Shown one piece after another: positions 25,868 to 36,779 of a DNA stretch of 64,000 nucleotides. The position numbers and the translations under genes were made by a program. The notes below the pieces were generated by a model that ran no database searches, was not told the DNA's origin, and worked only from the letters and a program-made list of their open reading frames with translations. How positions within the stretch are numbered: position 1 is the stretch's first letter; each line of letters starts with the position of its first letter. Origin of the DNA: Thunnus thynnus (lineage: Eukaryota); NCBI RefSeq assembly GCF_963924715.1, contig NC_089527.1, positions 28,314,551-28,378,550 of the forward strand, read 5' to 3'.

Positions 25868-26807
25868 TCAGGAGACAACAACACAAGTAAGTGCCATAAA
25901 GCTTAAGTTTGGGCCCGATAGGATGTAGATGCCAACAGGCAGTGCAACAAGGCAATGATTAGAGTGCATAGAAGTATGTTTTTTTGTTGTTGTTGTTTTG
26001 GGGTTTTTTTGTTTTGGGTTTTGTTTTTTTTCTATCCTAGTGTCATCATTATCATGCAAGAATGTATCTACAACCTTTCTTTTCTTTTTCTTTGCTTCAA
26101 TCATTTCTTCTGCATGGGTTGCATAATCAATGGTTCTCTGCAACCCTGCATTTTTCCAGGCAATCAGATGTTTGGCCACAAATTGGCTGATTTCTGGTCT
26201 AAATCCAATCATTTTTTAATTGCATACTGTATGGACTATGTCAGTTTCTCATTCATGTGTACAGTATGTAAGTAGCTGTATACTGTACCACTTCGTGTAC
26301 TCCGAAGAAACTGAGGATCTTGTGAATGCGTCTCTCCTTTCCGTGGTGTGATGTCAACCTTCGTGAAGGGGTTGTGGGGTGAGAAGGCAGGAGGTGGAGC
26401 AGTCAGCAGTGGAGGAGGAGGAGGTGGTCAAGGTTCGGGGTAAGGCGGAGGATCCGGACGGGACCCACATGGCACGTAGCTGTCATCATTCTGCCAGTCT
26501 TGTTGTCTAGCAACCCTTTCTTCTTTCTTTTCTGAAAACCAGTTCATCTGGCTCTTGCTTCTGTCAGCCATGACTTGGCCTGTAGCAGACCTTCTTTCTT
26601 TGACTTCCCCTTTTTCCCTTTCGTTCCTTCTGAAATTGCCTTTACTAATTCTTCGCAAGCTTCTACGTCTAGTTTTCCTACAATGTCATACTTTTCCTGC
26701 CATATCTTGAGATATTTAACATAATCAGGATGGAGTAGTTTCATGCGTTTGGCGTCTCTACCATATTTCTCTGCTTGTGGTATTTTACAGCTACAACAGT
26801 TACCCAT
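25868..26807 (-). pseudogene. ERV gag (fragmented).
   Basis: Gag begins MGNCCSCK at ATG 26807-26805 (myristoylation-type N-terminus). A PPPY late-domain motif lies at about 26451-26440 in a shifted frame. Basic KKKRK tracts are present. Confidence 0.65.
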
Positions 26808-27149
26808 TGTAGAGGCCTCTTTTTTTTCTCTTTTCTTTTTTTCTCTTTTTTTGTATGTGGTAAGGCTATTTAATTTCCTTGTTTTCCCCTTAACAGCCAA
26901 CCAGTTTGTATGGAGTTCACCTGAGCAACTGGTCTGATCAGTGAAATTGTGTTCTTGTAAGGCCTTTCTCAGGTCCATTGCCTTTTGAGGACCTAACACT
27001 GAGTGCCAAAATGTTAAAAGAATTTCTTCGTAATGACCATTAAACAATAGAGACTGGAACTGAAGTATCAAAATTCAGTAGAATTTATTTTCTTGCACAA
27101 GAATGAGCGTTTCAGGATGAGATAACAAAGAAAAGATAACTTGTCTCAC

Positions 27150-27335
27150 CCTGTCTCCAACGAATTTTATTTTCTACATCTTCCTCTTTACAAAAATAAT
27201 ACTGAACTTCCTTCAACCTTATCTGATGAGTCTGCTGATGTTGCAGTACAATACAGGAACAATTCATCATGATCTATGTAAAATAGTAACACACATACAC
27301 AGTGCATTCATAACTTTTATAACAACCTAAAACCA
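27150..27335 (-). repeat. ERV 5' LTR (at least its U5-side part).
   Basis: Matches 19318-19500. The adjacent PBS-like sequence reads TGGAGACAGGGTGAGACA on the minus strand. Confidence 0.55.
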
Positions 27336-27905
27336 TTAAGACATACTTTAATGAGTAAATGAATATGCTAGAAAAGAAGGCATCAAACATGTCTGTATAA
27401 AATTCTTGTATTATCATTTTTGAAATATCATAAAAAATATAACCATATAATGTAACATTAAAAAGGAATTGATTCATTTAAAACATCTGTAGCAATCTCT
27501 CCCTCAGTGTGTGGAAAGTTTTGGCTTTTGGCCTTGCGGTTGACAGATGTGTGTGTTTGTGCAGATAGTGTTCTACCTGACCGAAGTTCCTGTTGTTTCT
27601 GAGTCTCACGTTTTACCTGCAAGACTTGTGTTTTAATGCTGTTGTTCATCATTTGTGATGAGAAAACATCGGAGAAATAAAAAGTTTGTGCCCTGGTTTT
27701 AGCCTCTCCTGCCGGCTGCTGACAGCGCTGTCAGCTGGAGAGTCACTCACACTGGACGGTAGAGGAGGAGACACAGAGGAATTAGTACACGTCAGTTTAG
27801 TCAACTTCACTGTATTTAACATCGGAGCTGAGAGCATCAGAACTCAGAGCAGGAAACACAGTCACTCTGCATCACACTACTGCTGTCCTCTGATTCCATC
27901 ATCAG

Positions 27906-27910
27906 CCAAT
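27906..27910 (+). promoter_or_regulatory. CCAAT box upstream of gene B.
   Basis: agCCAATgagg, about 95 bp upstream of the TATA box. Confidence 0.4.
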
Positions 27911-27948
27911 GAGGAAACTCTGACACTCAGTCGGCCGACCAGTGGTGT

Positions 27949-27993
27949 AACTTCATCACTCACTCACTCACTCACTCACTCACTCACTCACTC
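27949..27993. repeat. (TCAC)n microsatellite directly upstream of the gene B TATA box.
   Basis: cactcactcactcactcactcactcactcactcactca. Confidence 0.9.
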
Positions 27994-28002
27994 AACCGTG
28001 GT

Positions 28003-28009
28003 TATATAG
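28003..28009 (+). promoter_or_regulatory. TATA box of gene B.
   Basis: ggtTATATAGggc, 125 bp upstream of the first in-frame ATG (28134). A (TCAC)n tract lies immediately upstream. Confidence 0.45.
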
Positions 28010-28133
28010 GGCTGGTCTGTGGCTGGTCCAGCCAAACACTGACAGAGAGACAGTGTCATCTTCTGCAGTACATGTACAGCAGCCAGTGCTACACAGCTGT
28101 CCTTTTAGAAAATATCGTAGTTGCTTTTCAACA

Positions 28134-28179
28134 ATGGAAGAAATCTATGTTGATACCAAACATTCAACAATTCAGACAG
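28134..28179 (+). CDS. Gene B exon 1 (start codon, cytoplasmic tail).
   Basis: ATG at 28134 preceded by an in-frame TAG at 28107. Encodes MEEIYVDTKHSTIQT. Donor cag|gtaaga. Ends in phase 1. Confidence 0.6.
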
Positions 28180-28280
28180 GTAAGAATATTCAGTCAGACA
28201 GAGAGGCTGACAGACTGAGCTGTGAATAGTATGTTTTAATTGTATGATTGATTGGATTCACTGGTCTTTTCTCTGTTCAG

Positions 28281-28382
28281 GTCCGAAGACTTCAGAGAGG
28301 AGATTTCATGGAGCTGTTCTTGTCTTTCTGGGGCTGCTGAGTGTTTTCCTGCTGGCTGGACTCATCGGCCTCAGAGTCTACT
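28281..28382 (+). CDS. Gene B transmembrane exon.
   Basis: Acceptor ctctgttcag|gt, donor tact|gtgagt. Encodes GPKTSERRFHGAVLVFLGLLSVFLLAGLIGLRVY. One 22-residue hydrophobic helix following a basic RR, which fits type II membrane topology. Confidence 0.75.
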
Positions 28383-29527
28383 GTGAGTCTGGTTAACATT
28401 CAGAAGTTTAAGTCAGACTGAACTCATGATTATAGGAGCTGATTATTCTACTCTGAAAGATGATGTCCTGACTTTGTTCTGGTTTGCGTTGGTCTTAATT
28501 ACTGTTTAAATTTGTTAAGGTGTCATAAAAATACAACATTGACTACAATATACACATTTTTAAATAGATGAGATAAAAAGATTTTCCTGAGGAATGTGAC
28601 TTTTTTTCAAATATTTTAACAACAATTCACATCTTGGAGAGAAGGAACAATTCTTTTCTCTCCAAGATGTGAATTGAGTGATTGTACAATTTGTATTTTG
28701 TCATTGTTCACTGTAAATGTACATTACCATAAATTTGTTTATTTGTTTGTTTAATAAGTTTGTTGGCAAACTAATGAATGAATGAATGCTCCATAGTACT
28801 GTGGTAATAATAGAAAATGACCTACTGTGTGTCAGAGTTGCACCAGAGATAGAGAGAGAGATATTTAATAGACTAATTTAAAATCATCAGCGTCAGCTGT
28901 CGTCATGGGGCAAAATTAGGAAACAATTTGACTTGTGTTGATATTGTGTCATATTACATGATGTGAATTTGTAAGGTATTTGCTGTTTCACAGACATGTC
29001 ATGACATTTCAAAGACATGCCTCATTCAGGGTTGACAGGCTTGTCAGGGACAAGTGAGTTGAGTGGAAGAGAAATTTAGTTGCTCCACTGGACAAGTTAA
29101 AGTCATTTAAAAAATGTGTCTCCATGTTATGTGCAGTGTTTCCACTACCATTGCCTTATCCCCCGCACCTCCCGAAAGAAACAAATATAAACAAATGTAA
29201 CGTATACTCACAGCTGAGCGCGCGTAAATGCCGTTTAGCCACCTCTCAAATTCAGAAATAGCATTTATGCAAACTTTAATGACTTTACAACTGTTAGCTC
29301 AGACTGGCTTCCTACTGCAGCTTGTTACTGTTAACATTGACCAACAAAGCACCATGAGCTCCTGCTACGCAGGTGTTCAAAACAAACGAACCCTCCGCGT
29401 TGAAGCTAGCAGGCAGACTGGAGCCACTTTCATGAGACAGACGAATGAATCAGAGTTCAGAAGATCATATATGACATTAACATGTGCGGCATCAAATAAT
29501 AATGTCAGACAAAAGACAACAAAGTAA

Positions 29528-30690
29528 GTAGTTAGAAAAGCTCTTCAATGAAACAGAAGTTTTTTAAATTGACATTAATGTTGTTTTAACTGTCCAGTTT
29601 ATCTGGTGTTGCTTTACTCCTGGGACACACTAGATGCGTGAACAGCGCGTGTACGTCGCGGAACTTCTTGCTTTTCGTGTCGGCGCCCATGTTAACAGGT
29701 TAGAGCAGCCACACTGCCCGTGTGAGACGCATGAGGCTGCTGCGTCGCTTCATCTAGAGATTTGAGGTCTCGCCTATTTTCTCCGAGTGATGCGTGCGGT
29801 TCTCAGCAGAAATAGACAGGGAAAACGAGAAAGATAGGGCTGCCAGTGGCAGAAGCGCCGCAGCAGACACGCTTCCAGTGTGGACGCTGCAAGAGTGAGA
29901 GACGCAACAGTTCAGCAACGCACACGCACTGCTGAGGTTCACGCATCCAGTGTGTTCCAGGCGTTACCCCTGAATTCCACCAGGCATGTGTGCGCCGCGT
30001 TCCGGCTCCGATGCAGAGAAGCATTTCAGAAGCGGCTCTCCGCTCTGCTGCACTGAAGATAGGTGTCTCATCTATACTTTACGGAGGCCGCGTCAAGCAG
30101 CACAGAGCAGATCGAGCTGGGCAGGAAGTCAGACACAGAAACAGCATTCAGCATCCGGTCAGTTTTCAAAATAAAACACCCCGTGCAGACTCCTGGTCGT
30201 ATATCAACAATAAACGCAATTAAAACAGATGAATAAAGAAACCATTTAACTACATAGCCTACTTAACCATAGCAGAAGCACAAAAATCAAGGAAAATGAC
30301 CAAATCAACGAAAGCTGAGCAAGTTAACAAAATTGGGCAGTTTAGTTGCCCTGCTACTGCAGTAATTACGGTAGCCTTAAGGGACTTTATCAGCTTTGAC
30401 TAAGCTGCTGTAATTACTGTAGTAGGAGTGCAACTGACTTTTAACAGTGGAAGGCTTCCCCACAGCGAAGACGCTCCGCTTCTGACACGCTCCCGGTGGA
30501 ATAGGGCGCTGTGCAGAGAATGGAGCAAAACCGTGTCGGAGCTGGAACGTGGCGCACATGCACCCGGTGGAATCCTGGGGTTACAGTAATGTTAATGTAA
30601 CGTTAGCTTGATAGTTTGGAGAACTTGACTGCTTATGCATTCCCACCGTGTGTAGTTTGTCTACAATTACTGTAATTAACACCACACCAG
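29528..30690. repeat. 1.16-kb GC-rich block present only in duplication copy 2 (insertion in B or deletion in A).
   Basis: Copy 1 joins aataataat|agttaaag at 360-370. Copy 2 has this block in between. The block contains internal inverted repeats (ctgcagtaattacggtag / ctgtaattactgtagtag). Confidence 0.5.
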
Positions 30691-31003
30691 TTAAAGTTGT
30701 GCTTCATGCTCTGTCAGATTTTTAAAAGGAAGTTTTTTATATTTGTGTGAGTGAGTGAAGGAATCAGGAGAGAGGAGACAGAATTGAGGAAGCAGGATGT
30801 AAAGTTAAAGGTGTTGAAAGAAAAATGAGGAGAAAATAAAGAACTGATTCAAGAAGGAAGAAGGTGCAACTGTTTCAAGATGTAAAGTAGTAGAAAAAGG
30901 AGAGAGAAAGAAAGAGAAACAAAAAAGCAGCCCAGGCGTCAGGTGATGGAGAGACTTGAACACATTCAAAGCAGGAGGCAGAAAAAACTAGTAAGGTCTA
31001 GAT

Positions 31004-32217
31004 CAGGGGTCTCAAACTCAAATTACCTGGGGGTCGCTGGAGGCAGAGTCTGGGTGAGGCTGGGCCGCATCACGTATTCCACAAAAAAGGCGATGACTAC
31101 CGGGTTGTTCATTACCCGCCGTGCTTTTGTTGTTGTAAACGTCGTCATAGAAACAAGTGAAACAAATGGCATCACAAAGAAATATCCTAATGTTTATTGT
31201 GCAAGGCATTTACTATGGAGTAAAATGTTTTGAGGAATATATCTCTTTCTGCAAATGATTCAGTACATTCCATTCACTCAAAAGATTTTTTCGAATAATT
31301 TGTCCGTGAATGTCACATCATTGCAGAGCAAACGTGGAGAACATGAAGCCGGGACAGTGGGACACCATTATCCCATGGTTTGCACCTCTATGGCTGCAAA
31401 CCATGGGATGCAGCCATGGAGGTGTTATTCATTGGCTTTTATTTTCTGAAATATGCACAGACATTATTATCTGCCAGACTTATAAAGACGCAGATACACC
31501 TGGTTCTGTTTTTTTAATGTCACACACTGTGGAATCACATGAACGAGCCTCATTTGCTGTCACAGTGAGCCAAAAATGGATGTAAAGGTCTTTAAACCTC
31601 CGTTTGTACGTCAACAGTTGTGTCCATTCTGCTCATCAGACCTCAGTGAGAATTATGCACAGGCTCTCCAACAGCTAATCATTACACACGGCTGCTGTGG
31701 ATATTTGAAACGACTTTATCCCTAATTCATCACATTTTTCTGCAAACCGTCACCACTGTAAAGTGTCAGTCATCATTATTAAACATCAGAAGAATGATAA
31801 ATGATTTATTGATAGAGCTCGTGTTAAAACGGACTTTACAAAGTGCTTCAAAACAAAATGAAGTGATTGTTAACAGAGAGATGATGCTGAAATAAACAGA
31901 ATGATGCTTTAATAAGGTTTAATAATTCACCTTTGAATTTTACTGAAAGCTGTGTAGCAAAATAAAGACATAATCTAGCGTGAGGTTATTCACATTCTCA
32001 GCGCACATTCTTCCTGTATAAATAGCATAGTTGTTGTGAAACAGCCATATACCCCTGTGATTGGCAGGTTCGTTCAGCTCCAGCTTGTGCAATAAAGGGA
32101 CCTTCCACACACAACACAGTAAAGTGCCATTCATATAAAACTCGCTGGCCGCACTAACATTAAATTTTCATATCAAGGTGGGGGCCACAAAATATCAGCC
32201 CGAGATTGAGATCCATG
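31004..32217. mobile_element. Non-autonomous hAT-like DNA transposon, copy 2, with 8-bp TSD.
   Basis: Flanked by GTCTAGAT (30996-31003) and ATCTAGAT (32218-32225). The paralogous empty site at about 668-676 has a single GTCTAGAT. The TIRs are the same as in copy 1. Confidence 0.75.
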
Positions 32218-35200
32218 ATCTAGATGAATGACTGTTCTGGTAAATATTTTTAAAAACACAATCTGTTATCCAAACTAAAGGACATCCTAACAAACAAAAG
32301 TCAAAGTACAAGATTAAACCCTGCTATAAAAGGACTCACAGATCTTTAATACAGGTAACGTTACTAACACCACACAACAGCTCTATTAACATGATGTTTT
32401 CCTAAGCTGTTAAAAGGTTGTTGACCTCAGTAACTGTTGTAAACACAGCACTAAAACTAACAGATAGTTTCAGTTATTAGTCAACAAAATGCTGATTCAT
32501 TGTTCATCAGACTGATTCATCTATCAGTCAAACTGTTGTCTTGATTTGGCTTTAGGTTTGAGCAAATTAATTCCCCATAAGTCAGTTTTGTTATTTTGTT
32601 ATATTTCAAAAACTGATCTGTATTCAGGACCATATACACCGTGTGAGAATCCAGATTTGTTTTTAAGATCAAGACTGATCGGTCCATCTATCCATCCATA
32701 AAGCCTCCATTTATTTATGTGTTGTAAATAAATATTGTTAATATTTAAAAATTAGGTAAATAAATATTGTTGATGTTTATTTACCTAATTTTTGTGCACT
32801 TGTTTCATTTCAAGGAGGGAAGTAATGGCTTCAATAAAATTCATAAATTGAATTATTCATATGTTGACACTGTTTGCTGTCAACTGTTTGTTCATCTGAA
32901 TTCTGCGTTCTGCATTTGCAAACAAAGTGAAAAAAGTAAATTGACAGGTGACTTTTGTGCCTGGACAAGTGAAAGGTAAATTTACTTGTCCGATGGACAA
33001 GTGCCTCAGGAGGTTAATGTCAAGCCCTGCCTCATGAAATGACTAAAAAGCAGAGGCTTCAGAATTTCTTCATGTGAAATTTTCAGAATTCTCAATTTTC
33101 ATGAAAAAGGTAATGCAGTCAAGGCTGACTCACCTTGGTATTTTCATGGCCAGAGGGAGTAGAAAGAACCCATTATCATAAACTATCATGTACATTATAG
33201 GTAGGTTGGTTTCAGAGGCTGGTGACAGTTGTGGCTAATCACATTCACATTCACCCTTTTTGTCCAATTTAAAAGCAGGGCTCTCCCTGACATGATGCAG
33301 TGTTTTCTAGGAGATAACCTCAACTCATACTCTTACCCAGGAAGATTTTCATCGGACTGTCTAATGTTTCTACAAAAAGCCGCGTATGCCATCATTTGAA
33401 ATATACTATATCTGCATAAAAGTCTACACATAAGGGCTTTACGTTGAATTTCTGGATATTGAAAATAAGATGGTCAACATGATGCACCATTTGACTTAAA
33501 ATCACAATCACCCACACACTATCCACACTTGCAGTTACAAATCCTACTGTAACGCATATAAATAAAACTAAAATTAAAAACATCATTACTATACTGTAGA
33601 TTGTATTATCTTGTTTTCTTTTCTTTGATTATTATTATTTTTTACATTTAGTTCTTTTTATTTAGATGCAGCTGTTTTCACATGCAAAAAGAAATACTGG
33701 GAACAATAAAATTGCCTTTTCAATTCTACTTTCCATTAATTGGCAATTATCATAATGATCTTTTGCAATCCACAAAATGCGGATTTTATTTTTTCGGTTA
33801 TATCATTATAAATTTTAACCATCAGTGCTATGTGAACAATTATCATTTTATTTCACTTCATCATGCTGGTCAAAGCAGCCCCATGTCTATTTGCCCAGAT
33901 TTTGCCCAACTCATTTAAATGAAGAGTATAAAGAATAAACCAAGGATCACTATAATTAGTCTCTGATGCTATTTCACTTGTGCTCGCGTCATCCGCCTGC
34001 TGCTCTGACTCCAGGGCGGCTGCTGTGTCTTCTTTCCTTTCCTCTCCAGCACAGCTAGCCTCTCCCACTCCACTTATCTTCAAGCTGGGTCTCTCCTCCT
34101 CCCTGACACAGCTACTTCCATCTCCAGACTCAGCTGCTTCTGTCAGGACATGTTGTGTTAGATTTTAAACAAGCTAATAATTGGATGTTAAAGTCAAAGC
34201 TAGGTGGTAGCTTCAATAACTTCGTTGTCTGCCTTAACCAAACTACCTATAAGCCTAATCATACTAAATCAGACATGGCGAGTCCAGCCACATCTGAATC
34301 CTAAAGTTGAAGAGACCTCTTTGAGAACCTGGACTCAGTGTTGGGGTATATGACTGAAGAGTTGGTGCCTGGCTTTGCAACTCAGATGAAAGAGAAGCTG
34401 CACGACTACAGGAAGGGGACAAAACCCTTTGACAGCAACTTGAACAGGCTTTAGCCAGAGCAGAAGCGCTGCAGGCTCAATGTTGAGGGTGCTAGTGAGC
34501 CTCCAGAAGAAGAAGGGAAAGCTGAGTTGAAGGGAAAGAGCGAAAGGCTAGAACAATCCCTCCAAGAATGTAATCATGAGCTCGCCACAACAATAGATCG
34601 ACTTGACAGGCCTGATAACCTCCTTAAGTGGGCAGTAGAGGAAATAAAAGAACTGAAAGCTAAGGTCGGAGTCTATGCCAAATTTAGAGAAGCTGACCAA
34701 AAGTACATACGAGACATACAATAGCAACTACAGATAGCCAGGGACAGAGCTAAGGTGTCCCATCAGCAACCTGAAACCAAAGAGGAAGAATTGGTAGATG
34801 TTAAAGGAGAACTACAACATTCTTTTGAATCAGGTCAAAGCCAACAAGAGCCTTTAAATGAAGCTTTCCATGAGGAAAGGAAAGAGGTAAGACCCCCTAG
34901 GGGCGTTCAAGGAGGCTTGTCCTCACCACTGCTCAGTGGTGCATGAAGCCACCTGTGTGGCCCATAGAGCAAGCGCACTAGTGACTTAGGCCGGCCGGGC
35001 CGGCTACTTCTGGTTTAGCCCTCTGGCTAACTTGAATGGGGATAAAATAATTCAATCGTGTAGCTCTTCTAGACTTTCAAAATGTGATTGGACCGAACGG
35101 ATCAAATTATGAGAGTGAAACCAGTCATTTCACAGGGGTTGTGACGCTCAAAAAATGTATCCACTGATTTACAAACGTCTCTCTCACAATGTTAGTCGAT

Positions 35201-35852
35201 GGAAAAAATCTTTTTGGGCCAGTGTGCATCATGTGATGTTGCAGTTACCCGGTTTGGCCACTATGTCAAATTTACTTCAAAGCCCAGCACTCTTCCTGTA
35301 TCCAGATCTCTTTATACATCCATGGGAGCTACCAGCTTGAGTTTGCCCTGTGTGTTTCCTCCTGTGTTCTCAGCCTGCTTTTCCCTCCACTCTTCCCTCC
35401 TCACCTGCCTGAATCATCTTCATTAGTCCTGCCCTTTTCCCAGAATTTTCCCAGCCTATCAGCTTCTTTTACGTTCTTCTGTTTCATCTCCTCAGTCCCC
35501 TCACTCGAGTTTCTCTGCCCATCTGCCCACCTGCACCTCATCTCCTCATTATTTCAGTTAGTATTTCAGTCCTGTGTTTCAGTTCAGTCTTGTTGGATCC
35601 TTTGTTCTGTTAAGTTCTGCTCTGTTCAGTCTGGTTTTGTTCTGCTGTATTAAAGAGACTTCTTTCAGTGTATTCTGGCTGTTTTGTCCTGCATTTGGGT
35701 CCACCTGCTCCGTTACTCCTGACAGCTATTTGCGTTAAAATGATACTGGAAGCTGTAATTACTAAAAATGTACATTTTAAAAGTTTTAAAATGGTATTTG
35801 AGATAAGTGACTGAATAAACATAAATTTGACCTGTCTTTTGATTTATTTCAG

Positions 35853-36020
35853 ACCACAGTGTGCGCAGTTCAGCTGAAGATATCATAAACAACCTGACTG
35901 AGCATCTCCAGGACAGTAATAACAACCTTTCTCCCATGTCTGAAGAGAGAGACCTGCTGTTTGCCAACCTCACTGAAATAACTAAAGAGATGGAAAAGCT
36001 TCAGAGTTTGTCTGTACACA
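35853..36020 (+). CDS. Gene B neck exon 1 (168-nt variant).
   Basis: Acceptor tttatttcag|ac, donor caca|gtgagt. Encodes (Y)HSVRSSAEDIINNLTEHLQDSNNNLSPMSEERDLLFANLTEITKEMEKLQSLSVH. Confidence 0.7.
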
Positions 36021-36632
36021 GTGAGTGACATCTGTGGCTATACAGTACTGCCCAGCACTGTTCCTGTATCCAGATCTCTTTATACATCCATGGGAGCTAC
36101 CAGCTTGAGTTTGCCCTGTGTGTTTCCTCCTGTATTCTCAGCCTGCTTTTCCCTCCACTCTTCCCTCCTCACCTGCCTGCATCATCTTCATTAGTCCTGT
36201 CCTTTTCCCAGTGTTTTCCCAGCCTATCAGCTTCTTTTCCGTTCTTCTGTTTCATCTCCTCATTCCCCTCACCCATCTGCCCATCTGCACCTCATCTCCT
36301 CGTTATTTCAGTTAGTATTTCAGTCCTGTGTTTCAGTTCAGTCTTGTTGGATCCTTTGTTCTGTAAAGTTCTGCTCTGTTCAGTCTGGTTTTGTTTTGTT
36401 CCATTTTGCTGTGCCTGCACACCTGTATCCTTCTTAAAGAGACTTCTTTCAGTTCGGTCTGGCTGTTTTGTCCTGCATTTGGGTCCACCTGCTCCACTAC
36501 TCCTGACAGCTATTTGCTTTAAAATGATACTGGAAGCTGTAATTACTGAAAATGTTCATTTTAAAAGTTTTAAAATGGTATTTGAGATAAGTGACTACAT
36601 ATACATAAATGTGACATGTCTTTTGATTTCAG

Positions 36633-36779
36633 ACTCCGTTATCATAAACAACCTGATTGAGCGTCTCCAGGACAGTAATAACAAGCTTTCTTCCGTGTCT
36701 GAAGAGAGAGACCTGCTGCTTGCCAACCTCACTGAAATAACTAAAGAGATGGAAAAGCTTCAGAGTTTGTCTGTACAGA
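36633..36779 (+). CDS. Gene B neck exon 2 (147 nt).
   Basis: Acceptor tttgatttcag|ac, donor caga|gtgagt. Encodes ..SVIINNLIERLQDSNNKLSSVSEERDLLLANLTEITKEMEKLQSLSVQ. Confidence 0.7.

Larger units (their letters stand above)
19318..27335 (-). mobile_element. Degraded endogenous retrovirus (LTR-gag-pro-pol-env-LTR, gamma/epsilon-like).
   Basis: Direct repeats 19318-19500 and 27150-27335 (about 185 bp, roughly 90-94% identity by eye) flank the minus-strand gag, PR, RT, RNase H, IN and env reading frames. Multiple frameshifts and stops are present. Confidence 0.85.
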
